DNA from: an uncultured Candidatus Saccharibacteria bacterium
Lineage (GTDB): Bacteria > Patescibacteriota > Minisyncoccia > Phycocordibacterales > UBA918
DNA length: 51,184 nucleotides
Direction: 5' to 3'
NCBI GenBank assembly: GCA_964643955.1
Contig: CAZXUO010000002.1
Span: forward strand, 110,691-161,874
Below the pieces are notes generated by a model. The model saw only the letters and a program-made list of their open reading frames with translations, was not told the origin of the DNA and did not search any database. Position numbers and translations under genes: made by a program. The first letter of the stretch is position 1, and every line of letters starts with the position of its first letter. Below, one piece after another: positions 24,016 to 32,589 of this stretch.

Positions 24016-26661
24016 ATGATTCACGAATCTCGCTCGCTTTCGTATTGGTCGCGCGCTCCAGAAGAGGTTGCCGCCGCGCTCACCACCGATCTCGTACATG
24101 GGCTTACTGAGGACGAAGCGGCGCGACGGCTCACCACGCATGGGCCGAACGAATTTGAAAATACTGAGCGTAATACCAAGCTCCGCATTGTTGTGCGGCA
24201 GCTGATGAGTCCGCTCATTTTTATTTTGATAGCAGCGATGGGCGTCACGCTCTACCTTCATGAGTATTTTGATGCCGCGATCATCTTTGTTTCAATCGCA
24301 ATCAATACATTTCTGGGTTTCTATCAGGAAAATAAAGCAGAGAATGCAATTGCGCATTTGCGATCGTACATTCAGGTGCGCACGCGCGTCGTACGCGATG
24401 GGCGCGAGCACGAAGAAGATGCGCGCGATATTGTCTCGGGTGACCTCATCCACCTCACGCCCGGAAGTCGTGTGCCGGCAGACGCACGGCTTGTGTCGGT
24501 CAACGGATTGCGTGTCGACGAATCAATTCTCACCGGTGAGTCACTCCCGGTTGAAAAAAATATTGAGCCACTCGGCGAAGCGACGCCGGTGGTAGAGCGC
24601 ACCAACATGGTGTTTGGCGGCACGCTCGTCGCTGAGGGGACGGCGCTCGCGGTTGTCACGGCGACGGGCCTTGCTGCTGAGTTTGGTAAAATCGCAAAGC
24701 TCGTGGCGTCGACCGAGAGTGAACAGACTCCGATACAGAAAGCAGTCTCACGGCTCGCGTGGATTATTGCGGTCGGCATCACTGCGTTTGTGGTGTGGAT
24801 ATTTGTACTCGGCGTCTCGCGCGGAGAATCGGTCGCGGAGATGTTTCTTGTTTCAATCGCGGTTGCGGTCGGCGCGATTCCTGAAGCACTTCCGATTGGA
24901 CTTACGGCTATCCTCGCGGTCGGAGTCGAACGTCTCGCAAAGCGAAAGGGTGTAATGCGAAGTTTGACGGCAGCAGAGACACTCGGCTCGACGACCGTTG
25001 TGATGACCGACAAAACCGGCACACTCACGGAGGCAAACATGCAACTTGTTGATATCAAGACTACTGAAGAATTGATCAGAGATGGTGGTGCGGGTACTGC
25101 GCGCGGAGTATTTTCTCCCGCACACAAAGAAATGCTCGCCCTCGCCCTTTTGGGAAGTGACGTACTTATCGAAAATCCTGAAGATGCGGCTAGCGAATGG
25201 CGTATGAGTGGAAGTCCGCTCGAAACCAACATCGTGCGCGCGGCCGCGCTCCATGGCATTGATGTGCCGCACAAGCGCACCGAGCGACACTCGCAGCTTA
25301 TCTTGCCGTTTAATTCGACCAATAAATTTTCTGTCTCGAGCACTACGCAGAAAGTAGCAACAGCTGCGCTTGGAAAACACACCGGAGGTGCGTACGTGAT
25401 TCTCGGAGCGCCAGACGTTCTGCTTGAGCGCGCACATCTTACAAAAGATGCATATCAGGCGCTCCACGCCGCAGTACTTGAAGCGAGTGCTGAGGGGAAG
25501 CGACTACTCGGCATCGCGGTCAGTCCGGCGCACCACACGTTTTCGATTGATACGCTCGCTAAGCTTCAGTTTGTGGGCGTGCTCGCATTTTTTGATCCGG
25601 TACGAAAAGAGGTACCGGAGGCAGTGCGAAAGATCGAAGGGTATGGCGTGCGGGTTGTGATGGCGACGGGGGATTTGCGCGGTACAGCGATCGCGGTCGC
25701 GCGCTCAATCGGTTGGACAGTCGCCGACAACGAAGTGCTGACGGGCGATGATGTGCATGCACTTTCTGATGATGCACTCTCGGATGCGCTTGCGTATACA
25801 AAGATATTTGCGCGCGTGACGCCGCAGGATAAGCTCCGCATCGCGCAGCTTTTTCAAAAGCGCGGAGAGATCGTCGCGATGACGGGCGACGGGGTGAATG
25901 ATGCGCCGTCGCTCAAGGTTGTCGATATTGGTATCGCAGTTGGATCGGGAAGTGATGTGGCAAAAGGTGTTGCCGATCTCGTACTCCTCGATAACAATTT
26001 CAATACGATCGTCGCTGCAATCGAAGAAGGGAAGCGTGTGCTACGCAATATTCGAAAGACATTTGTGTACCTCATGTCCAACTCGCTCGATGAGGTTATT
26101 TTGATCGGCGGGTCGCTCCTCCTCGGCCTCTCGCTCCCGCTCACCGCCATACAGATTATTTGGGTCAACTTTTTTACAGGCGGTCTTCCGGCGATTGCCT
26201 TTGCGTTTGATAACGAAGGTGGCTCAAAGATGACGGGGCGCAATGGTGATCGAGCGATTCTCAATCGAGAGGTGAAGGTGCTCACGCTCGGAATCGGTAC
26301 GGTGTCTTCGCTGTTACTTTTTGGTTTGTATTGGGGACTCTTGCAGCTTCCGATTGCAGTTGAGACCGTGAAGACGTTTGTGTTTGTGTGTTTCGCCTCG
26401 TACATTCTCTTCATTGCATTTTCGTTTCGATCGCTTGAGAAATCTATTTTTGCGTACAATCCGTTCGGTAATAAGTTTCTCGTGGGCGGAGTATTTTTTG
26501 GCTTGGTATTGCTCGGTGCAACGATGTACGTGCCTGTCTTGCAGGAAGTATTTTCGACGACGGCCCTCCATCCGGTCTGGCTTTTCTTCCTCGCACTATG
26601 GATCATCTTCAATCTTCTGCTTGCTGAGCTTACGAAGTGGTTTTTCTATCGGCGGGTGTAG
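24016..26661 (+). CDS. Cation-transporting P-type ATPase (type II-like)
   Basis: TGES, IPEALP, DKTGTLT, TGD, GDGVNDAP; ATG 24016 has TATACT 6 nt upstream. Confidence 0.95.
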   Translation: MIHESRSLSYWSRAPEEVAAALTTDLVHGLTEDEAARRLTTHGPNEFENTERNTKLRIVVRQLMSPLIFILIAAMGVTLYLHEYFDAAIIFVSIAINTFLGFYQENKAENAIAHLRSYIQVRTRVVRDGREHEEDARDIVSGDLIHLTPGSRVPADARLVSVNGLRVDESILTGESLPVEKNIEPLGEATPVVERTNMVFGGTLVAEGTALAVVTATGLAAEFGKIAKLVASTESEQTPIQKAVSRLAWIIAVGITAFVVWIFVLGVSRGESVAEMFLVSIAVAVGAIPEALPIGLTAILAVGVERLAKRKGVMRSLTAAETLGSTTVVMTDKTGTLTEANMQLVDIKTTEELIRDGGAGTARGVFSPAHKEMLALALLGSDVLIENPEDAASEWRMSGSPLETNIVRAAALHGIDVPHKRTERHSQLILPFNSTNKFSVSSTTQKVATAALGKHTGGAYVILGAPDVLLERAHLTKDAYQALHAAVLEASAEGKRLLGIAVSPAHHTFSIDTLAKLQFVGVLAFFDPVRKEVPEAVRKIEGYGVRVVMATGDLRGTAIAVARSIGWTVADNEVLTGDDVHALSDDALSDALAYTKIFARVTPQDKLRIAQLFQKRGEIVAMTGDGVNDAPSLKVVDIGIAVGSGSDVAKGVADLVLLDNNFNTIVAAIEEGKRVLRNIRKTFVYLMSNSLDEVILIGGSLLLGLSLPLTAIQIIWVNFFTGGLPAIAFAFDNEGGSKMTGRNGDRAILNREVKVLTLGIGTVSSLLLFGLYWGLLQLPIAVETVKTFVFVCFASYILFIAFSFRSLEKSIFAYNPFGNKFLVGGVFFGLVLLGATMYVPVLQEVFSTTALHPVWLFFLALWIIFNLLLAELTKWFFYRRV

Positions 26662-26666
26662 GGATT

Positions 26667-26705
26667 AAAAAACCGCGCGCCCATTTCTGGGCGCGCGGTT
26701 TTTTT
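26667..26705. terminator. Bidirectional terminator
   Basis: A6-CCGCGCGCCCA-tttc-TGGGCGCGCGG-T7. Confidence 0.9.
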
Positions 26706-26716
26706 AAATCATCTTT

Positions 26717-27352
26717 CTACGAGCATCCGAGTGATGCGAGACACTGTGCGCGGTATGCTTCGGGTACCTGTGCGCAGGCTGCACACTGGTTTGCATCACC
26801 TTGCGCGCCGGCCCCCGCTTCCATTTGTGCACTCATATCGATATTGAGTCCTTCCATCATTGCATTCATGTCAGTGAAGGTGACGTTTGAGGGAAGTGAG
26901 AACATGCTCTCGTCTCCACTCCAGTTTTCGCATGAGTAGTCGACTTCGCGATCGATGTCGACTGCTTCAGTATTTGCATTTGTTGTCTCAACTTCGGTTG
27001 TTTGATCAAGTGACATCTTGAAGCCTTCTACAGTTTGATCAGTCCATACGTAGCTCGTGTTGTCGGATACGATCATGTGGCTTGCCATCGCTCCGGCTGA
27101 AGTCTCTGCATTAAAATCTCCGCGCATTTTTCCGTTCTTAATGTAGACCGTACCTGAAGTGTTGCCCATTTCTGTCGAGTCGGTGAACGTACACTTTTGC
27201 GGTGTCGTGAGCGCGAGCAGTGCTTTCATTGAGGTGCGTTGCGTAGCTGCTTCTGTCGGTGCGTCTGCAGTCTGCGTATTTTTTCCAAATGCGAACCATC
27301 CGATTGAACCGATAATAATCAAACCTACAACGATGTACATGATATTTTGCAT
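26717..27352 (-). CDS. Membrane-anchored extracytoplasmic hypothetical protein with C-terminal Cys motif
   Basis: N-terminal TM, beta-rich core, C-terminal CAAC...C....GC. Confidence 0.75.
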   Translation of the reverse strand: MQNIMYIVVGLIIIGSIGWFAFGKNTQTADAPTEAATQRTSMKALLALTTPQKCTFTDSTEMGNTSGTVYIKNGKMRGDFNAETSAGAMASHMIVSDNTSYVWTDQTVEGFKMSLDQTTEVETTNANTEAVDIDREVDYSCENWSGDESMFSLPSNVTFTDMNAMMEGLNIDMSAQMEAGAGAQGDANQCAACAQVPEAYRAQCLASLGCS

Positions 27353-27390
27353 ACAGACCAATGATACTCGCTTGGTGTAAAAAGAAAATA

Positions 27391-27434
27391 CCGGCCGGCA
27401 ATTGCGAGAGGTCTCTCTCGCAATTGCCGGCCGG
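27391..27434 (-). terminator. Perfect 20-bp inverted repeat / terminator
   Basis: CCGGCCGGCAATTGCGAGAG-gtct-CTCTCGCAATTGCCGGCCGG, followed by a T-rich tract on the minus strand. Confidence 0.8.
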
Positions 27435-27438
27435 CGTG

Positions 27439-27618
27439 CTACGCCACAGGGTGGCTAGTTTCGTCAGGCACATGTCGGTCGCTCCCGGGGCAGTTCCCGA
27501 GTGCCCGCTCAACGCCTTTGATGGGGCGGTGGTGTGAGGCTGCGATCAGTCGGCGCGGTTCGCGGAAGTCGGTGTAGACACTTACGGTCGCTCCGCAGAC
27601 GGGGCAGTTTTTCCTCAT
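27439..27618 (-). CDS. 59-aa putative Zn-binding microprotein (not in the ORF track)
   Basis: Hand translation MRKNCPVCGATVSVYTDFREPRRLIAASHHRPIKGVERALGNCPGSDRHVPDETSHPVA; SD AAGAGGT 4 nt upstream; terminator immediately downstream. Confidence 0.75.
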   Translation of the reverse strand: MRKNCPVCGATVSVYTDFREPRRLIAASHHRPIKGVERALGNCPGSDRHVPDETSHPVA

Positions 27619-27694
27619 ACAGACCTCTTTGGTTGCTCCGCGGAAATCATGACATATTTTTTATTGATGTAAATAGTCTGCTAGACTAAGGCAT

Positions 27695-28096
27695 ATGAGT
27701 CGGACGCTCGAGCGTTTTGTACGGTACACCTTTATTGGTGTTTCGACATTTCTGATAGATCTCGTCATACTCTTTGTCCTTGCGAGTATTTTTTCTATCA
27801 ATTATTTAGTCGCTGTTGGAGCTGGTTTTTTTCTCGCGGTCTCCCTTAACTATTTTTTAAGCAGAGAGTTTGCGTTTAAATATTCTGACCGGGGCGTGAT
27901 GAGCGGCTACGCGTACTTCTTAAAGTTCGCCTTCGTAGGCATGATGGTGACGATCACGGGCGTGGCTTTTTTGGTGACATATGCCGAAGTGCAATATTTG
28001 CTTGCGCGCGTCGTCGTGGCAGCGGCCGTTGGTATGGCAAATTATGCTGCAAATCTCTTTATCAATTTCAAAGTGGCAGGGAAGGACCTTCGGTAG
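27695..28096 (+). CDS. GtrA-family membrane protein
   Basis: RFVRYTFIG start, 4 TMs, NY motifs. Confidence 0.85.
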   Translation: MSRTLERFVRYTFIGVSTFLIDLVILFVLASIFSINYLVAVGAGFFLAVSLNYFLSREFAFKYSDRGVMSGYAYFLKFAFVGMMVTITGVAFLVTYAEVQYLLARVVVAAAVGMANYAANLFINFKVAGKDLR

Positions 28097-28119
28097 CTGC
28101 CTCTGGTATACTGGCTGTC

Positions 28120-28965
28120 ATGAAAAAAACGATTATTATCTACCACGCAGACTGTATTGACGGCACGACTGCAGCAGCAATTGCTTTGCGGAAATTTCCG
28201 GATGCACACTTTTTTCCACTCTCGCATTCACATACTGACGAAGCTGTGAAATCTATCTTGGACGTGGCACACGATGCAACAATTTTTATTCTCGATTGCG
28301 CACTTATCGTCGATGAGTTACTCGCTGCAGGACATAGTGTGACCGTACTTGATCACCACGAGACGGCGCGTGAGGAGATGCAGAAGCGCGCTGCTTCAGA
28401 GAGCAGGCTCACGTATATTTTTGACATCGAAAAGTCAGGTGCATCACTTGCGTGGACATATTTTTTCCCAGCCGAGCAGATGCCGCGTATGGTGCAGTAT
28501 GTTGAGGATGCCGATTTGTGGCGCTGGCAGTATGGGGACGCGGCGCGCGACACTATGAGCTATCTCTCAATGCTCCGCGATGATCCAGTTCGTATGCTCG
28601 ATGCGCTTACGACTGAAATCGATGTGATTATTGAAAAGGGGCATACACTTTCTGAATACGCAGATCGAGAAATACAAGAACAGGTTTCGATACTTCCCAA
28701 TGAGATGAAAATCGATGCGTATCGTGTACCTGCGTATAACATCACAGTCTATACATCAGCTTCGGGGAATATTCTTTCAGAGCAACAGGGAAGTGTCGTG
28801 GCGCTCTATACGATAAAAGGTCCGAATGTCCGCATAAGTTTTCGTTCAAAAGAGGGACAGACTCCGACGGCGCGCATGGTTGCAGAAATACTCGGCGGCG
28901 GCGGGCATGATCATGCGTCGGGAGCGAGTGTACCCTTTGCAGATTTTTTGAAGATGATTTCGTAA
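28120..28965 (+). CDS. DHH/DHHA1 phosphoesterase (nanoRNase-like)
   Basis: YHADCIDG, ILD, LDHH, SFRS, GGGGHDHASG. Confidence 0.92.
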   Translation: MKKTIIIYHADCIDGTTAAAIALRKFPDAHFFPLSHSHTDEAVKSILDVAHDATIFILDCALIVDELLAAGHSVTVLDHHETAREEMQKRAASESRLTYIFDIEKSGASLAWTYFFPAEQMPRMVQYVEDADLWRWQYGDAARDTMSYLSMLRDDPVRMLDALTTEIDVIIEKGHTLSEYADREIQEQVSILPNEMKIDAYRVPAYNITVYTSASGNILSEQQGSVVALYTIKGPNVRISFRSKEGQTPTARMVAEILGGGGHDHASGASVPFADFLKMIS

Positions 28966-29015
28966 ACAAAAAGAGACCTTTATTTATACTCGCGGTCTCT
29001 CTACGAGTGTGTGCG

Positions 29016-29321
29016 CTACGTCGCGTGTTTCGGATGTGCCCCCTTTTTCTTCACGCGCTGCTGTTTCGGGGCGTACTTCTTGAGGAAAGCGAGCGCCTGC
29101 TCGAACTCCGCCTCATCGAGCTCACCACAGAGCGAGGCGCGATTGCCGGCTCGCCGGAGGTAGAGCCCGTCGAGCTTATCGCCGAGGTAGAGCTTGTCCC
29201 TATACTCCGTGAGTGTGATCGTCGGGTCGGCCGGCTTCTTCTTCGCGAAGAACGCCGCCATCGTGCGTGCGACATCAACAAACCTCATGCCGCACGGTAG
29301 ATCGAATGTGAATGCCCCCAT
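29016..29321 (-). CDS. Hypothetical protein with basic C-terminus
   Basis: GGAGG SD 5 nt upstream; no recognised domain. Confidence 0.65.
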   Translation of the reverse strand: MGAFTFDLPCGMRFVDVARTMAAFFAKKKPADPTITLTEYRDKLYLGDKLDGLYLRRAGNRASLCGELDEAEFEQALAFLKKYAPKQQRVKKKGAHPKHAT

Positions 29322-29332
29322 CGTTTCCTCCC

Positions 29333-29662
29333 CTAGGCCTTTTTGGAAAGTCGTTCGGCTATCTCCTCGACGAGTGCGAGGTAGAAGCCGGGCCGGAGAC
29401 GCTGCTTATCAAAGTCAGCGTCAAACAGAATCCAGAGAAGCTCGGGATCCTCCCGACGCGCGTGCGCCAGTCGGTACACCTTCACATTGTCGGGCGAAGG
29501 TGTGCAGTTCTCGAGAATGTCGTTCCGCGCATCTCGTACCTTCCGGAGCAGGAACTCGAACGCGACTCCGTCGCGCTTGAGGTAGTGCCCGAGTTGGTGT
29601 AGAGCGTGAACGACCCGTTCGTGCTGCTTTTTCCTATCAAAACGAAGTAAGCGTGCCCCCAT
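29333..29662 (-). CDS. Hypothetical protein
   Basis: GAGGGGG SD before ATG 29662; stop abuts the SD of the next gene. Confidence 0.6.
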   Translation of the reverse strand: MGARLLRFDRKKQHERVVHALHQLGHYLKRDGVAFEFLLRKVRDARNDILENCTPSPDNVKVYRLAHARREDPELLWILFDADFDKQRLRPGFYLALVEEIAERLSKKA

Positions 29663-29728
29663 CAGATGCACCCCCTCGTGGTAGTCCGCATCTATTAGGC
29701 CTTGTGATTTGAGAAAAGTCAACAAATA

Positions 29729-30742
29729 TTAGCGGCCGCGGCCGTAGTATTTCTTCAGCATCTTTACGTGCTCTTCGTAAGTCTCAGTGCAGTGAAAACC
29801 GCCATCCTGATCATGGAAATAGAACATACACTCGGTCTTTTTTGGATTGAGCGCCGCGAGGACTGCAGCGACGCTTGGGTTTGAGATTGGTGCGGGCGGA
29901 AGACCTTTGTAGAGATAGGTGTTGTACGGAGAGTCGATGTATTTATCGCGTGAACGGACGACAGGCCACCAACCATTCCGCTCGTTGCCGCGTGCATACT
30001 GGAGTGTTGCGTCGATCTGGAGCTTCATGTCGATGAAGAGGCGATTCCACATGATGCCGGCGATGACACGCATCTCTTCTTTGTCGGCGGTCTCTCGTTC
30101 GATGAGTGATGCCATGATGATTGCGTCTTCAAATGGTACGCGTTCGCTTGTAGAAGTGCCGTATCGTTCAAGAATGGTTTGTTCAAAGCGGCGACTCATG
30201 AGTGTGGCGATTTCTTCTGGTGTTGCCTCACGATCGACGATGTAGGTGTCTGGTGCGAAGTGACCTTCTTCGAGCGTCGATACGTCGCTCATGCGCTCAA
30301 GGAAATCAGTACGCATTGCGGCGTCCCATCCGAGTACATCGCCAAACATATCAACGGCTTCTTCTTTGCGATAACCTGCGTATATTGGGACAAACTTCGG
30401 CGCATTTGAGCCGGCGATGAAGTTGTACCACTTGGTCTGCGCTATTGAATTGCCGATTGCTTCCATAAAGAGCTCTGCGAGGTTTGCCGCAGCGGGAAGC
30501 GCTTCATACTGGCTACTCAAAAATTCTTCCACCTCAGGATCTTCAATGATGATTTTTCGCTCAGGATCAACCGTGACAGGGAATGGTGGTGGCATCACGG
30601 CGACGGTGAAGTATTCGGTGATCTGGTCTTTGAGTAGCATCGTCGGCAGCGCCGTGAGGAACAGGCCAATAGCGATCAATACAGCACAGAGGACATAGAA
30701 TGTCCGTGAAAAATGAATTGGCTGCTTGAGGAAATTTCTCAT
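29729..30742 (-). CDS. mltG: Endolytic murein transglycosylase
   Basis: ASLIERE, NRL....KLQIDAT..Y, SPYNTY...GLPPAPISNP, FTETYEEH-like end. Confidence 0.93.
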   Translation of the reverse strand: MRNFLKQPIHFSRTFYVLCAVLIAIGLFLTALPTMLLKDQITEYFTVAVMPPPFPVTVDPERKIIIEDPEVEEFLSSQYEALPAAANLAELFMEAIGNSIAQTKWYNFIAGSNAPKFVPIYAGYRKEEAVDMFGDVLGWDAAMRTDFLERMSDVSTLEEGHFAPDTYIVDREATPEEIATLMSRRFEQTILERYGTSTSERVPFEDAIIMASLIERETADKEEMRVIAGIMWNRLFIDMKLQIDATLQYARGNERNGWWPVVRSRDKYIDSPYNTYLYKGLPPAPISNPSVAAVLAALNPKKTECMFYFHDQDGGFHCTETYEEHVKMLKKYYGRGR

Positions 30743-30748
30743 GAAATG

Positions 30749-31138
30749 CTAGCAGATGAGACAACCAAACAATATTGAGCCGAGACCTACTGCGATACCG
30801 ATGATGCCGATGATTGCTTCGTGTGGTCGGAGTGCCGCAATGATTGATCGCATGAAAGGGAAGCGCTGCAACTTGTCGCCATAGAGCAGAATACCCATGA
30901 GGATGGCGGGGATTGTCTGGGGGTAGCTTGCGCCGAGGGGTGCAAAAAAGAGATCGATTACGTTGAGGCGGATAAGGAAACCGGTGATACCGAGCACGAT
31001 CATAGCAAGACCGAGCGGCTCGCGGTATTTCATAATAGCGCGTTCAGCTTTTTCAATATGTTCTCCGCCAATCCATTCCTTGAGTTTTGGTGCACCGAGC
31101 GCAACACCTGAAACGATATTGAGTGTTTGAAGTATCAT
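30749..31138 (-). CDS. Small multi-TM hypothetical protein
   Basis: Hydrophobic helices from ATG 31138, with TATACT 6 nt upstream; the track's longer start is not supported. Confidence 0.7.
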   Translation of the reverse strand: MILQTLNIVSGVALGAPKLKEWIGGEHIEKAERAIMKYREPLGLAMIVLGITGFLIRLNVIDLFFAPLGASYPQTIPAILMGILLYGDKLQRFPFMRSIIAALRPHEAIIGIIGIAVGLGSILFGCLIC

Positions 31139-31206
31139 GCCTTGAGTATAGCGCTCGAGGTGCTTTGTGTGGGGAGCGTCGTGGGGAAATGATGAAGAAA
31201 TAGAAA

Positions 31207-31229
31207 GCCGCCCGAGAAGCTCGGGCGGC
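31207..31229 (-). terminator. GC hairpin terminator
   Basis: GCCGCCCGAG-aag-CTCGGGCGGC followed by TTT on the minus strand. Confidence 0.7.
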
Positions 31230-31251
31230 GGGTGCTGCGGAAAGAACGTGT

Positions 31252-31413
31252 TCAGAAGTCGTCCCCCGATTTCTTCCGAAGCATCGGATTGAAGTCCGGA
31301 TCTCCCCAGAACATGGGGTGATCGCCGCGCGTTGGGGGAGTCGGCAGAGAATCGACTTTGCCGGTTTCCTCGGAAAGCGTCTCGCTCTCCGTTTGTTCGG
31401 TGTTTGCGCCCAT
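31252..31413 (-). CDS. 53-aa acidic/Pro-rich microprotein
   Basis: AAGAGG SD before ATG 31413; TATACT at 31446-51; own hairpin downstream. Confidence 0.55.
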   Translation of the reverse strand: MGANTEQTESETLSEETGKVDSLPTPPTRGDHPMFWGDPDFNPMLRKKSGDDF

Positions 31414-31499
31414 GGAAGCCTCTTGGTGAATCTTGGACCCGACGCAGTATATAACCACACAAATGCCACTTTGGCTATGAATGTGGTGGGGTAACAGAA

Positions 31500-31523
31500 T
31501 GCGCCGCCCGAGAGGGCGGCGCA
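31500..31523 (-). terminator. GC hairpin after the receiver gene
   Basis: TGCGCCGCCC-gaga-GGGCGGCGCA. Confidence 0.7.
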
Positions 31524-31541
31524 GTGTGGGCAGAAGAACAA

Positions 31542-31907
31542 TCAGGGAACAGGCTCGTGTCGAAGGATCGTGGAGACAAGCGTACGAACCTCGCGCTTGT
31601 CTCTGTCGATCGAATGTGTGCATCCGGCCCTGATCATTTCCACGCGTAAGTCCGGATCAGAGGATGCGGCGATCATAGGGCCAGCATAGCCCATCATTCG
31701 TAGATCTCTGATGAGGTCGAGCGTCGTCCCGTTGGCCAAGTGGCCATCAAGGACGAAGATGTCGACTTGGTTTCGGTGCGCGAGGTACAGGTCGAGTGCA
31801 GCAGCGGATGTCTCCGCGATTAGGACCGTATATTCTCTCGAAAGACTCATTTGGTACATCTCGAGAATACTTTGAGTGTCGTCTACAGCAAGAATTGTCG
31901 GTTTCAT
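31542..31907 (-). CDS. Single-domain response regulator receiver (CheY-like)
   Basis: ILAVDD, FVLDG.L..G.T.DL, MIAASS. Confidence 0.85.
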   Translation of the reverse strand: MKPTILAVDDTQSILEMYQMSLSREYTVLIAETSAAALDLYLAHRNQVDIFVLDGHLANGTTLDLIRDLRMMGYAGPMIAASSDPDLRVEMIRAGCTHSIDRDKREVRTLVSTILRHEPVP

Positions 31908-31970
31908 TCTTTAGGTTCCCCTCAAGAGCTCGACGTCTTTTATAACATACTGGTTTTATATAAAAAACTA

Positions 31971-31991
31971 CCGCTTCCTTTCGGGAAGCGG
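31971..31991 (-). terminator. Intrinsic terminator
   Basis: CCGCTTCC-tttcg-GGAAGCGG, T-tract on the minus strand. Confidence 0.75.
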
Positions 31992-32001
31992 CGAGGTCGC
32001 G

Positions 32002-32190
32002 TCAGTGCGCGTACGGAATAGCGAAGTACGCGGCCGATGGCGGGGAAGTCAGGATGATGGCCGGGTTACCGACCTGCTTGCCGTCTTCGAGCACACGGAC
32101 GCGGATGCGTCCGTGTGAAAGGTACTCGAGGATTTCGATCGTCCGCTTCGGCCGCGCCTCGCGAGTGGTGCGCCATCTGAAGAATCTCAT
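32002..32190 (-). CDS. 62-aa hypothetical protein
   Basis: AGAGGAAGAGG SD; terminator directly downstream. Confidence 0.6.
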   Translation of the reverse strand: MRFFRWRTTREARPKRTIEILEYLSHGRIRVRVLEDGKQVGNPAIILTSPPSAAYFAIPYAH

Positions 32191-32220
32191 ATGCCTCTTC
32201 CTCTTTTTCGAAACGGGCGG

Positions 32221-32442
32221 CTAGGCGCGCCGCACAACACGGGGGTGAAATGATCCGCGTAATCCACGGATCTTGATGGCGTGGTCGACGGTAATCTCTG
32301 TGATTACGCCGCTTCCTCCATGTTCGAGTACGACCTGTACGCCGACCTTGAGCTGGCGCTTTTGGATAATCGTGAGACGTTCGTTCGACTTTCTCTTCTT
32401 GAAAATGGCAGGGCTGAGTCTGGCAGACTGCACGTTCCCCAT
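32221..32442 (-). CDS. Small basic protein with KOW/SH3-like motif
   Basis: LKVGVQVVLEHGGSGVITEI; GGGGAG SD 7 nt before ATG 32442 (alternative start 32481). Confidence 0.6.
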   Translation of the reverse strand: MGNVQSARLSPAIFKKRKSNERLTIIQKRQLKVGVQVVLEHGGSGVITEITVDHAIKIRGLRGSFHPRVVRRA

Positions 32443-32589
32443 GGTGGATCTCCCCAGAATTTCGTCGAGCTGCGATAGCATATGCTGTACGTCGCCCCCT
32501 TACTTTTTTCTGAAGATAATAATGCGACAAAATATCGAGCGCTGTCAATTTTTTGCAGGAGATGTCGTGAGAGGGTATATCATGGACAT

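Noticed and set aside
24372-25382. Long antisense ORFs (also 40331-41110, 49282-50088, 46842-47204 and many shorter ones)
   Set aside because: They mirror well-supported genes on the opposite strand and show no motifs or start signals; this is expected in GC-rich coding DNA
27138-27512. 124-aa minus-strand ORF in the track
   Set aside because: It crosses a terminator and overlaps two better-supported ORFs in other frames
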